Positions 45,727 through 55,041 are shown, counted from the first letter of the stretch. The stretch: 64,000 bases of DNA from Candidatus Zambryskibacteria bacterium RIFCSPHIGHO2_01_FULL_46_25 (GCA_001825155.1 MHVH01000005.1:168501-232500), one strand, 5' to 3'. Made by a program: numbers and translations. The notes: generated by a model from the letters alone, not told the origin.

Positions 45727-46929
45727 ATGTCATTATTTTCATTTGGTAAAAAAGCCCCGACGCTCGAAGAGGTCGGGGTCCCGACCCAGCCTGAAGCTGG
45801 CGTCGGGAAAGAGATTAAAAAAGTAAAAAGGGTTAAAAAAACCAAGGAAGCTCCTGAAGCTAACCAAGCTAACGAAGCTATTTCAAGCTACCTTGAGAAG
45901 ATTCCCACTCCCCCGGCGATAGACGACCTCGTCGAAGGGTCGGTCATCTCTATAGACAAGGGCGCGGTCTACGTGGACCTGCCGCCCTTTGGCACCGGTA
46001 TTATCTACGGGCGCGAATTCCAGAATGCCAGAGACATCATCAAGAAGATTAATGTCGGCGACATTGTCGCGGGCAAGGTCGTGGGTGTGGGTGGCAAAGA
46101 GGGTTATATCGAAATTTCGCTCAAGGAAGCTCGCCAGGCCATCATATGGAACGAAGCCGAGGACGCTATTCGCGAGAAGCGCACATTCGAACTCCCTATC
46201 ACAGATGCCAACAAGGGCGGGCTCATCATAAACTGGCAGGGCATTACCGGATTCCTCCCCGCTTCCCAACTCAAGCCCGAGCATTATCCTCGCATCTCCG
46301 ACGGCGACAAAGACAAGATTCTCGATGAATTGAAGAAGCTCGTGGGCGAGAAGCTCTCCGTCACCATCATCGGCGTCAATCCGAAGGAGGGTAAACTTAT
46401 CTTCTCCGAGAAATCGCCGGAAACCAAAGATAAGGAAAATATTGTTTCCCGCTACGCGCTGGGTGACGAGCTTACCGGCGAAGTGACCGGTCTTGTGGAC
46501 TTCGGAGTGTTTGTGAAGATTGAGGAAGGACTCGAGGGCTTGGTCCACATTTCCGAAATTGATTGGGGCCTCGTTGAGAATCCGAAAACTATGTTCAAGA
46601 TCGGCGAGAAGGTGAAGGTGAAAGTCATCGAGATAAAGGATGGCAAAATTTCCCTCTCCATCAAGGCCTTGAAAGAGAATCCTTGGCGTGAAGCGGAGAA
46701 GAAATACAAGAAGGATGACGTCGTCGAAGGTGTCATCATCAAGTTCAACAAGCACGGCGCTCTCGCCTCTATCGAGGAAGGTGTTGCCGGTCTCATTCAC
46801 ATCTCAGAATTCGGCTCCGAGGAGAAACTGCGTGAGAAACTCGAAATGGGCAAGGTGTATTCCTTCAAGATTACCCTCTTCGACCCCAAGGAACAGAAGA
46901 TGGCGCTCTCATACGTAGAGAAGAAATAA
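45727..46929 (+). CDS. rpsA: S1 RNA-binding domain protein (ribosomal protein S1-like, about 4 S1 repeats)
   Basis: Repeated S1 motifs (GSVISIDKGAVYVDL..., GEVTGLVDFGVFVKIEEGLEGLVHISE..., VEGVIIKFNKHGALASIEEGVAGLIHISE). Confidence 0.7.
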   Translation: MSLFSFGKKAPTLEEVGVPTQPEAGVGKEIKKVKRVKKTKEAPEANQANEAISSYLEKIPTPPAIDDLVEGSVISIDKGAVYVDLPPFGTGIIYGREFQNARDIIKKINVGDIVAGKVVGVGGKEGYIEISLKEARQAIIWNEAEDAIREKRTFELPITDANKGGLIINWQGITGFLPASQLKPEHYPRISDGDKDKILDELKKLVGEKLSVTIIGVNPKEGKLIFSEKSPETKDKENIVSRYALGDELTGEVTGLVDFGVFVKIEEGLEGLVHISEIDWGLVENPKTMFKIGEKVKVKVIEIKDGKISLSIKALKENPWREAEKKYKKDDVVEGVIIKFNKHGALASIEEGVAGLIHISEFGSEEKLREKLEMGKVYSFKITLFDPKEQKMALSYVEKK

Positions 46930-46954
46930 ATTCGAAGTTAGGATTTAGGATTTT

Positions 46955-46974
46955 CACTATGATATATCATAGTG
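46955..46974. repeat. perfect 20-bp palindrome CACTATGATATATCATAGTG (second copy in trxB at 54666-54685)
   Basis: Read directly; preceded by TTAGGATTTAGGATTTT, related to the tsaD TTAGGATT repeats. Confidence 0.9.
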
Positions 46975-47063
46975 CCTTCATACATCGATTTTCTGCTATA
47001 GCCTGAGATAGATGTATACGTTATCTTTTCGCTGCAGCGAAATTATAACGTATGTGCAAATTT

Positions 47064-47621
47064 TTAGGTATTGTTTTTTAATTCCAGCTGATAAATTTGG
47101 GTATCGTAACCGCGGAGTTCTTCGTCGGCGCGGGAGAGACCCAGCATTTCGAGTTCTTTGAACAATTCTTCGCGAACTTTTTCCGGATTGGCGTCGTCCG
47201 GGCAAAGCTTCTCAAGTTCGACGTAAGTGCCGAGTTTTTCCACGTCATCAAGACAGATTTCATAAATGCCGAGCTTGCCCTTGCGGCGAATTTTCCTCAC
47301 CTCGATCATCGGCACCCAGCCTAAAGTTTCCAAAATTTTGCTGGTTTCTTCCGCATCATCAATTTCGGTTTCGTATTCAAGATTATCTCCCTCATTTGAG
47401 CGCTGTTGCTTGAGATTCAACTGAATTTTATCCTTCATTCTTCTAATACGCATAATAATGTCACCCTCTTTAGCCTGACTAAACTCATTGGCAGAGCCCT
47501 TGAGCGCGTAAATAACGTCATGTTGACTTATCGGCTTAGACAGTTCGCGTCCCTTCTCTCCGAGCTTTCGCTCAAGCTCTGTGAAATTACCCGCTTTCAG
47601 TTTTATTTCTATTTCTCTCAT
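47064..47621 (-). CDS. CYTH-domain protein (class IV adenylate cyclase / triphosphatase family)
   Basis: MREIEIKLK...start with ExExK and later acidic motifs typical of CYTH. Confidence 0.55.
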   Translation of the reverse strand: MREIEIKLKAGNFTELERKLGEKGRELSKPISQHDVIYALKGSANEFSQAKEGDIIMRIRRMKDKIQLNLKQQRSNEGDNLEYETEIDDAEETSKILETLGWVPMIEVRKIRRKGKLGIYEICLDDVEKLGTYVELEKLCPDDANPEKVREELFKELEMLGLSRADEELRGYDTQIYQLELKNNT

Positions 47622-47622
47622 C

Positions 47623-48168
47623 TCATTTATTAAACTCCGTCATGGCGGTGCTTAGGCCGGAGTCTTTGATAGTTTCGACTGCGGTTACGACACTTTTGAA
47701 AACTTTTTTGAGTTTTTCCATTTCCGGCTTTTTGAAGTCAGACAAAATATGTTTCTCGACTGCTTTCTCCCCCTTCGGCTTCTTGAGTTTGCCGCTCGGA
47801 GTAGCGGGCGAAGTGCCTATACGTATGCGAATAAATGCCTCGGTTTTGAGCGCCTTTATAATCGACTCCAGTCCGCGGTGTCCGCCCGAACCGCGGTTGT
47901 AAGAAATTTTCATCACTCCTAGAGGCAAATCGAGGTCATCATAAATCACAATAAGTTTCTCCGCAGTTTTCTTGTTCTTCACAACCTTCGCCACAGCCTT
48001 GCCTGTGACATTCATAAAGGTGCTCGGGGTAAAAATTCGGAAGCCCGGCTTCTTTTGTGGAAGCCGAGCTTCCACAGTTTGCAAAAAATCCGCCGCCATG
48101 CGTCCCGTGTTGTGCCGAGTGCGCGCGTATTCGTCTCCAGGATTTCCCAAGCCTATAACAATATACAT
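47623..48168 (-). CDS. pth: peptidyl-tRNA hydrolase
   Basis: MYIVIGLGNPGDEYARTRHNTG is the canonical Pth N-terminus. Confidence 0.9.
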   Translation of the reverse strand: MYIVIGLGNPGDEYARTRHNTGRMAADFLQTVEARLPQKKPGFRIFTPSTFMNVTGKAVAKVVKNKKTAEKLIVIYDDLDLPLGVMKISYNRGSGGHRGLESIIKALKTEAFIRIRIGTSPATPSGKLKKPKGEKAVEKHILSDFKKPEMEKLKKVFKSVVTAVETIKDSGLSTAMTEFNK

Positions 48169-48215
48169 ACTGCTATTGTGTCAAATAAGAATAGATAATA
48201 CAATCTCTGCAAACA

Positions 48216-48824
48216 ATGCCTCCTGAGAATTTACAACCCGCCCTTCGACAAGCTCAGGGCAAGCCAACCGAAAATTTCTGGAAAGAACTTTTCAAGCTCG
48301 TTTTGCTCGCGGTCGTCATAGTTATCCCCTTCCGACTTTATGTCGCTCAGCCCTTCATCGTCGATGGGCTTTCCATGTATCCGACCTTCGACAACGGACA
48401 CTATCTCATCATTGACGAAGTCTCGTATCGCTTCCGAGAGCCAGCGCGCGGCGATGTACTTGTTTTTAAGGCACCACCAAACCCAGAAAAGTATTACATC
48501 AAGCGCCTCATAGGCTTTCCCGGCGAGACGATAATGATAAACGATGGTCAAGTAACGATAACCAATAAAGAAAATCCGGACGGATTCAAATTGGCCGAGC
48601 CTTATGTCAAATTTCCCAAGGACGAGGTCCTGACCATAATTCTCGAAGAGAACGAGTACTTCGTCATGGGTGACAACCGCGCTTCGAGCTCGGATTCCCG
48701 CGTCTGGGGGCCGTTGCCGAAGGAAAATATTATAGGCCGTCCGGTCATGCGATTCTTTCCTCCGGCGCTATTCCCCGGAGACATCTCGCACTTTGAGGCA
48801 AGGCTTAACGCAAACGACGAGTGA
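48216..48824 (+). CDS. lepB: signal peptidase I
   Basis: Catalytic Ser GLSMYPTF, Lys box YIKRLIG, GDNRASSSDSRVWG. Confidence 0.85.
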   Translation: MPPENLQPALRQAQGKPTENFWKELFKLVLLAVVIVIPFRLYVAQPFIVDGLSMYPTFDNGHYLIIDEVSYRFREPARGDVLVFKAPPNPEKYYIKRLIGFPGETIMINDGQVTITNKENPDGFKLAEPYVKFPKDEVLTIILEENEYFVMGDNRASSSDSRVWGPLPKENIIGRPVMRFFPPALFPGDISHFEARLNANDE

Positions 48825-49960
48825 TGCTCAAAGAAGCGCGAAAACCTGTTTGGAGCTTAAACGAATTCGACAAGCAGATTATCACCGCGACATATTTCGG
48901 CTTCATGCCCATCACCGCCCCGAGAATCACGGAGGAAGACATCGCCGCGTCCAAGCACTGCGCGGCACTGCCGTATTATGACGCCGCGGAGAAATCGGCT
49001 CTCATCCGAAGCTACATAAACAACAACTTCGCTTCGCTCCCGCACCCGCTCGCGCTGGTGTATAAGAAAAAGAAGCCCGAAAGCTATTCTCTCCACTTCA
49101 TAGGAGCCCAGGGCGGCATAGCGGAGGCAACACTCATCCGCGCCGCCCTCTCCATGCTTGCGGAAGAAGGCTACAAGAACCTCTCCGTCCACATAAATTC
49201 CATCGGCGACAAAGATTCCATATGTGTTTATGAGCGAGAACTCGCAAGCTACGCGAGGAAATTCGGTAGCTCTCTCAGCGCGCCTCTCAAGGAAAGTTTG
49301 AGAGAGGACATCTGGAACCTTTTCCGGCGCGATGAGGAAGAGATGATACAGCTGCGCGCCGCCGCTCCATCATCTGTCGCCTTCCTCTCCTCGCAAAGCC
49401 GGCTCCATTTCAAAGAAGTGCTTGAGTATCTTGAATCTCTTGCCATAGATTTCCGCCTCGCTCCGGAGCTTGTGGGCGAAAAGAATCATTGCTCGCACGC
49501 CATCTTCGCTATCAAAAATTTGGTCGACGAAGTGGAGACGACTCTTGCCGTGGGCTACCGCTATTCCCGCCTGGCAAAAAGATTGGGGCTTCGCAAAGAA
49601 ATTCCCATGGCCGGAGTAACCATCTTCTCCGCCGCCAAGAATGCCGCGAAAAAAATCTACAAGCAACTGCCCAAGCCGAAATTCTATCTCGTCCAACTAG
49701 GGCAAGTGGCAAAGATGAAAACTCTTTCGCTTATTGAGCTTTTACGCTTGCACCATATCCCCGTTCACCATTTCCTCGGCAAGGATAAACTCGCCGCCCA
49801 GCTCTCGAGCGCCGAATCTCTGCAAGTCTCTTACCTCATCATCATCGGGCACAAAGAGGCTCTCGACGGCACCGCCACCATTAGGAATGTTGCCACCCGC
49901 GCCCAGGATACCATCCCTCTCGAATTGCTCCCGCAGTATTTGAAGAAGATTAGCCTTTAA
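48821..49960 (+). CDS. HisRS/HisZ-like class II aaRS paralog (catalytic motifs degenerate)
   Basis: Class II HisRS-like fold with C-terminal anticodon-binding-like domain (YLVQLG...YLIIIGHKEALDGTATIRN); motif 2/3 are not clearly conserved. Confidence 0.4.
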   Translation: MMLKEARKPVWSLNEFDKQIITATYFGFMPITAPRITEEDIAASKHCAALPYYDAAEKSALIRSYINNNFASLPHPLALVYKKKKPESYSLHFIGAQGGIAEATLIRAALSMLAEEGYKNLSVHINSIGDKDSICVYERELASYARKFGSSLSAPLKESLREDIWNLFRRDEEEMIQLRAAAPSSVAFLSSQSRLHFKEVLEYLESLAIDFRLAPELVGEKNHCSHAIFAIKNLVDEVETTLAVGYRYSRLAKRLGLRKEIPMAGVTIFSAAKNAAKKIYKQLPKPKFYLVQLGQVAKMKTLSLIELLRLHHIPVHHFLGKDKLAAQLSSAESLQVSYLIIIGHKEALDGTATIRNVATRAQDTIPLELLPQYLKKISL

Positions 49961-50139
49961 CTTTAAGGGAAATGCCGACGATTTTGTTTGACAATAATAA
50001 CAATATTTGTTATTATTCGGTTGGGCTGAGAGCCAGTTCCAGCAGAGGCGCGCCACTTCAAACTGCTGTCACGTCGAGCAGGCTCTCGCCCACTTGCAAG
50101 TATGGGAACCTTGCACGCTTGGGTGCCGCATGGCGAGTG

Positions 50140-50900
50140 GCACCTTTTTTGTTTGCTTGTGTTCTGCAACACCGAGTGTTGCAAACAATTATAAAGTATC
50201 AATATATTCCAGTTCTTCTTTAAGGAGTTTTGCTGGACTAGTCTTCACGAATTGATGATATTCTTCTTTATCTTTAAATCTATCGGTAAGAATAGCGGGA
50301 AGTAGTAAATTACCCCACCGATTTTCATTTACCATATCTTGATAGCTAGACCAGTAATAGTGATTTTCTTTACTCAGCCATTTTGTAATTTCTCTGGGAT
50401 TTCTGTGAATATAGGTAGATAGGTGAAGAAGTTGCCTATCGTCTCCGACATGTACTGCTTTGTAAGGACCCTGAAATACGTGTCCAGACTTATCGTATTT
50501 GGTGTTGTAGTATTTGCTATAAGCATTCAACACTCTTTGCATGTAATTTGAAATTCCACCTTCTTTCAATTCCTTGATTATCAGATGGAAATGATTTGGC
50601 ATTATGCAAAAAGCAATCAATTCGATTGTGCGCGTATCAATCACCTCTTGAACATAATCCTGCAACACCGAGTGTTGCATAAAATCTCCCATAAGTTTGC
50701 TAATATTCTTAATAATGGTCGGGGATTGGAGATACAAGATTAAGAAAAGGAATCTGTAATAATCTCGGGTGTCATGAAAGATTATTTGTTTGTTAATTCC
50801 CCTATTGAAAAGATGGTAATGTTCTCCAGGCGCAATAATGATATTTCTCATAGAGCCTATTATACATGCAACACTCGGTGTTGCAGGTTGTAGACAATTT
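50140..50900. mobile_element. IS200/IS605-like RAYT (REP-associated tyrosine transposase) unit with flanking REP hairpins
   Basis: Hairpin TGCAACACCGAGTGTTGCA at 50158-50186 and 50866-50890, with a third copy inside the ORF at 50649-50676. Confidence 0.7.
50189..50851 (-). CDS. tnpA: Y1 HUH transposase (RAYT / IS200-like TnpA)
   Basis: HYHLFNRG...; HUH motif MPNHFHLII; catalytic Tyr region NAYSKYYN. Confidence 0.75.
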   Translation of the reverse strand: MRNIIIAPGEHYHLFNRGINKQIIFHDTRDYYRFLFLILYLQSPTIIKNISKLMGDFMQHSVLQDYVQEVIDTRTIELIAFCIMPNHFHLIIKELKEGGISNYMQRVLNAYSKYYNTKYDKSGHVFQGPYKAVHVGDDRQLLHLSTYIHRNPREITKWLSKENHYYWSSYQDMVNENRWGNLLLPAILTDRFKDKEEYHQFVKTSPAKLLKEELEYIDTL

Positions 50901-50928
50901 ATATGGCTTGTGTTAAATTAACGCCCTA

Positions 50929-51189
50929 ATGCAATCAATGGTAAATATAGAGGTGGAGAAAGGTCCGAACGAGAACAACCTCGGCGTTTTGAGGCGCTTC
51001 ACCAAGAGAGTCCAGGCCGCGGGCATCCTACCCCGCGTACGAAGCAAGCGCTACTCCGAGCGCCACAAGTCCGAAAATGTCAAACGCGCCAAGACCTTGG
51101 AATATTTGAAGAAGAAGGAAGTTACGGCGGAACTGGTAAAGCAAGGCAAGATCGTCGAGGTTTCCAAGTTTGCTCGAAAGCGAAGATAG
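50929..51189 (+). CDS. rpsU: 30S ribosomal protein S21
   Basis: VEKGPNENNLGVLRRFTKRVQAAGILPRVRSKRYSE...KRAK is the bS21 pattern. Confidence 0.8.
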   Translation: MQSMVNIEVEKGPNENNLGVLRRFTKRVQAAGILPRVRSKRYSERHKSENVKRAKTLEYLKKKEVTAELVKQGKIVEVSKFARKRR

Positions 51190-51194
51190 AACAG

Positions 51195-51228
51195 GAATTT
51201 TCAATTTTCAATTTGCAATTTTCAATCA
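51195..51228. repeat. AATTTTC tandem repeat block between rpsU and ybeY (same family as 41298-41332)
   Basis: GAATTTTCAATTTTCAATTTGCAATTTTCAATCAA. Confidence 0.8.
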
Positions 51229-51569
51229 AGAATCAGACACGCAAGCGGACTCCCAGGGAAGATTTTGAAATTTTGAAGGGTAGAATACTCGGCAAAAAGT
51301 ACGAGCTCTCGCTTGTTTTCTGTGGAGACATGCTCTCGCGCCGCCTCAATCGCGCTTATCGCGGTAAAGACAAACCAACCAACGTTCTGAGTTTCCCTCT
51401 GTCGGAAAATTCCGGAGAAATTTTCATCAACCTTTCGAGAATGGAACCTTTTGGAGCGCGAAAACTCTTTATCCACGGTCTTTTGCATTTGAATGGAATG
51501 GAACATGGGGCTAGAATGAAGCAAGCTGAAAAAAAATGGCTCGTCAAATCACAGTCGGCATCGACATAG
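51213..51569 (+). CDS. ybeY: endoribonuclease YbeY
   Basis: HGLLHLNGMEH zinc-binding motif; the annotated start lies inside the repeat block, so the true start may be downstream. Confidence 0.75.
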   Translation: MQFSIKNQTRKRTPREDFEILKGRILGKKYELSLVFCGDMLSRRLNRAYRGKDKPTNVLSFPLSENSGEIFINLSRMEPFGARKLFIHGLLHLNGMEHGARMKQAEKKWLVKSQSAST

Positions 51570-52738
51570 GAACATCCCAAGTCAAGGCAATCATTGCCGA
51601 AGGCGCTCTTGAGCAAGGACACTTCTCCCCCCGCATCATCGGCGCCGCAACCGCAGAATCGAAAGGTCTTGAGCGCGGCTATATCCTGAACGCGGAGGAA
51701 GCGGCCGAGAGCGTTCGCTTGGCCGTCAACCGCGCGGAAAAAACGGCCGGAGTAAGGGTCAGAAGGGCTTACGTCTCTTTCGGTGGCATCGGCCTCGGAA
51801 GCATCAAGGCGGAAGGCTCTGTCGCTATCTCACGCGCCGATATGGAGATAACAGAGAGGGACTTGGCGCAGGTACTTGAAGCGGCGGAGCAATCAATCCC
51901 CGCCGCAAGCATTCTCAATAAGCGCATCATCAATACCATCCCCATCGAATACAAGATAGACGGCAAACCCGTCTGGGGCGACGCACTGGGTCTCAAGGCG
52001 CAGAAACTCGAGGTCAAGGCTCTTTTCATAACCTGTCTTGAACACCACTTGGCGGAACTTATAAAGACGGTGGAAACCGCGGGACTCGAGGTAGTGGATG
52101 TCGTAGCCGCGCCGGTGGCGGCAAGCTTCGTAACCGTCTCCAAGAAGGAACGCCGCGTCGGATGCCTGCTCGCGGACATTGGCGCGGAAACTCTTTCTCT
52201 CATCGTCTTTGAAAACAACAACCCAACCTCTCTTGAAGTCTTTCCCATCGGCGGCAATGATATTACCAATGACATCGCTCTTGGACTCAAGCTTCCGCTC
52301 GAGGACGCCGAGAATGTGAAGCAAGGAGGCATCGCCCGCACCCCTTATTCGAAGAAGAAGCTCGAAGAAATCGTTTTAGCGCGCCTCGGCGACTGCTTCG
52401 ATCTCGTCGAAACCCATTTGAAAAAGATTGGCAGAGACTCGCTCCTCCCTGCTGGAGTACTACTTACTGGCGGTAGCGCATCCGTTTCCAGTGTCAAGAC
52501 CTTTGCGGAAGAATTCTTAGGCCTACCCTCCCGCATTGCCGAAATTCATTTCGGCACGAATGAGAAGAATCGCATGAGAGACAATGTTTGGGCAACAGCG
52601 TGCGGCTTGGCACTCTTGGGCTTCAACGCAGGAGAGAAAAACGGATTCTCCGGTTCGAGCAGAAGCGGACTTTTGCCCGGAAGTGGCAGAGGCTTGGCGC
52701 AAAAAATTTCCCGCCTCATTTCTCAAATCCTGCCGTAA
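51536..52738 (+). CDS. ftsA: cell division protein FtsA
   Basis: MARQITVGIDIGTSQVKAII actin-fold N-terminus; lies immediately upstream of ftsZ. Confidence 0.85.
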   Translation: MARQITVGIDIGTSQVKAIIAEGALEQGHFSPRIIGAATAESKGLERGYILNAEEAAESVRLAVNRAEKTAGVRVRRAYVSFGGIGLGSIKAEGSVAISRADMEITERDLAQVLEAAEQSIPAASILNKRIINTIPIEYKIDGKPVWGDALGLKAQKLEVKALFITCLEHHLAELIKTVETAGLEVVDVVAAPVAASFVTVSKKERRVGCLLADIGAETLSLIVFENNNPTSLEVFPIGGNDITNDIALGLKLPLEDAENVKQGGIARTPYSKKKLEEIVLARLGDCFDLVETHLKKIGRDSLLPAGVLLTGGSASVSSVKTFAEEFLGLPSRIAEIHFGTNEKNRMRDNVWATACGLALLGFNAGEKNGFSGSSRSGLLPGSGRGLAQKISRLISQILP

Positions 52739-52824
52739 ATCACAACATATTTATAGTATTTTGTCCATTGCTTCCCAAATCCCCCGCCTTTGGGTAAGAT
52801 AGGCGCATCCATAAATTTAAACGC

Positions 52825-53994
52825 ATGCCACAAATCAAACCAGAAGTGGAATCTTTCGCCAGAATCAAGGTTATCGGTATAGGAGGCTCCGGCAAGAATA
52901 CGGTTAATCACATGATTAATTCTAAGGTCAAGGGGGTCGAATTTATCTGTATAAACACCGACGCGCAAGACCTCCATAATTCGCTCGCCAAGAAGAGGAT
53001 ACACATAGGTAAGAACCTTACCCGAGGTCTCGGCACCGGCATGAATCCGGAGCTCGGCAAGCGAGCCGTTGAAGAAACCAAGGAAGAGGTCCAGGAATCC
53101 ATCAAGGGTGGTGACATGGTCTTCATCACCGGTGGCATGGGCGGTGGCACTGCCTCTGGAGCAGCGCCAGTCGTCGCTCGTACGGCCAAGGAGAATGGCT
53201 GTCTTACAGTCGCTGTCGTCACCAAGCCATTCTTCTTCGAAGGTCAGCAGAGGATGAAGATTGCGGAAGTGGCAATAGACGACCTCAAACAGTCCGTTGA
53301 CGCGCTTATCGTTATCCCAAACGACCGCCTACTCCAAACCGTGGAGAAGAACATCACCGCCAAGAACGCCTTCGCCATCTGCGACAATATCCTCAAGGAA
53401 GCCGTCGAGGGCATCTCGGACCTCATCACCACCCCGGGCATTATCAATATAGACTTCGCTGACATACGCTCGGTGCTCGAGAATTCCGGCGCGGCGCTCA
53501 TGGGTATCGGCTCAGCCTCAGGCGAGAATCGAGCCATTGAGGCCGCGAAAGCCGCCATTTCTTCGCCTCTGCTTGAAATCTCCATCAATGGCGCGAAGGG
53601 CGTGCTCTTCTCCATCGCCGGCGGCGACGACTTGACTATGTTTGAAATTCAGGACGCAGCCAAGGTTATCACCGAGTCCGTGGACCCGAACGCGAAGATT
53701 ATCTTCGGTACCGTCCGAGACGAGAAGTTGAAAAAAGGCGAACTCAAGATTACCGTCATCGCTTCTAACTTCCCAGAGAACAACGTAAGGAAGGCCGGCT
53801 CCCTTTTCCAGAACTTCGGCACCGATGAAGAGCGAGGCAAGGGTAAGATATTCAACGCCATGCCGATACAGGAGAAATCTGCCAACAAGGAACAGGACAT
53901 AAAGAAGCCAGCTCCCCCCATTTCCGCTGCCGAAAACAATGACGACGACTGGAGCGCCGTACCGGCATTCCTGCGACGCAGCAAACTCAAATAA
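52825..53994 (+). CDS. ftsZ: cell division protein FtsZ
   Basis: GIGGSGKN and GGGTASGAAPVVA tubulin signature. Confidence 0.9.
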   Translation: MPQIKPEVESFARIKVIGIGGSGKNTVNHMINSKVKGVEFICINTDAQDLHNSLAKKRIHIGKNLTRGLGTGMNPELGKRAVEETKEEVQESIKGGDMVFITGGMGGGTASGAAPVVARTAKENGCLTVAVVTKPFFFEGQQRMKIAEVAIDDLKQSVDALIVIPNDRLLQTVEKNITAKNAFAICDNILKEAVEGISDLITTPGIINIDFADIRSVLENSGAALMGIGSASGENRAIEAAKAAISSPLLEISINGAKGVLFSIAGGDDLTMFEIQDAAKVITESVDPNAKIIFGTVRDEKLKKGELKITVIASNFPENNVRKAGSLFQNFGTDEERGKGKIFNAMPIQEKSANKEQDIKKPAPPISAAENNDDDWSAVPAFLRRSKLK

Positions 53995-54030
53995 GCGACT
54001 CGGGAAGATTTCTGATAGAATTTCTTTTGT

Positions 54031-54945
54031 ATGCATGATTTAACAATCATCGGCGGAGGGCCGGCTGGCGTTGCCGCGGGTGTTTATGCGGCACGTAAGC
54101 GCCTTAAAACAATTTTAATAACAGAATCTTTCGGCGGGCAGTCCACCGAGTCTGCCGGCATAGAGAATTGGATTGGCACGGTCAATATTCTCGGGCCTGA
54201 TTTCGGCAAGATGCTTGAGGACCATCTCCGCTCCGTAGCCGGCGAGTTTGTTGAGATAAAGTTGAATAAGGTTAATAAATTGAATAAGTCGGATAAGGGA
54301 TTTGAGATTGGTACGGAAGACGGGCAATCTTATCTATCGAAAACCGTTCTCATTACCACTGGCTCGACGAGAAGGAGGCTTGATATTCCCGGCGCCAAGG
54401 AATTCGAGAACAAGGGCATCTCCTACTGCGCCTCCTGCGACGGTCCTATCTTCGCCGGGAGCCACGTGGCAGTTATAGGTGGCGGCAATGCCGGATTCGA
54501 GACGGCGGCCCAGCTTCTAAATTATGCCGCCTCCGTTACCCTCATCAACAGAAGCGACACCTTCAAGGCCGATGAGATGACAGTTGAGAAAGTGCTTTCG
54601 CACCCCAATATGAGAGTAATCAAGAACGCGGTGCCCAAGGAGATTAAGGGAGATAAGTTTGTAAGCACTATGATATATCATAGTGGCAATACAGATCACG
54701 AGCTTAAGGTTACCGGCATATTCGTCGAGATAGGCCTCGTACCCACCACAAGCTTCGCCAAAGAACTTCTGCCTCTGAATAAAATTGGACAAATAGAAAT
54801 CGACCCCAAGACGCAGAGAACCGCCGTAGCCGGAGTGTGGGCGGCTGGAGATTCGACAGACGGTCTCTACCATCAGAACAACATTGCCGCCGGCGACGCG
54901 GTAAAAGCGCTCGAGGACATCTACCTCCATTTGCACGCGAAATAA
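54031..54945 (+). CDS. trxB: thioredoxin-disulfide reductase
   Basis: FAD motif IIGGGPAG, redox-active CASCDG, NADPH motif GGGNAG; carries two in-frame repeat inserts. Confidence 0.85.
   Translation: MHDLTIIGGGPAGVAAGVYAARKRLKTILITESFGGQSTESAGIENWIGTVNILGPDFGKMLEDHLRSVAGEFVEIKLNKVNKLNKSDKGFEIGTEDGQSYLSKTVLITTGSTRRRLDIPGAKEFENKGISYCASCDGPIFAGSHVAVIGGGNAGFETAAQLLNYAASVTLINRSDTFKADEMTVEKVLSHPNMRVIKNAVPKEIKGDKFVSTMIYHSGNTDHELKVTGIFVEIGLVPTTSFAKELLPLNKIGQIEIDPKTQRTAVAGVWAAGDSTDGLYHQNNIAAGDAVKALEDIYLHLHAK
54253..54298. repeat. GATAAGTY-type octamer tandem repeat inserted in frame in trxB (shared 14-mer ATAAGTCGGATAAG with the valS 3' region)
   Basis: GAGATAAAGTTGAATAAGGTTAATAAATTGAATAAGTCGGATAAGGG encodes EIKLNKVNKLNKSDKG. 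Confidence 0.8.
54666..54685. repeat. perfect 20-bp palindrome CACTATGATATATCATAGTG inserted in frame in trxB (encodes STMIYHSG)
   Basis: Identical to 46955-46974. Confidence 0.9.
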
Positions 54946-54965
54946 ACGGGTATAACTTACGTTTG

Positions 54966-55041
54966 TGGTGCGCGGTGCAGAACTCGAATCTGCGACCCTC
55001 CCCACGTCAAGGGGATGCTCTACCAACTGAGCTAACCGCGC
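54966..55041 (-). tRNA. tRNA-Val (anticodon GAC), CCA encoded
   Basis: GCGCGGTTAGCTCAGTTGGTAGAGCATCCCCTTGACGTGGGGAGGGTCGCAGATTCGAGTTCTGCACCGCGCACCA. Confidence 0.85.
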
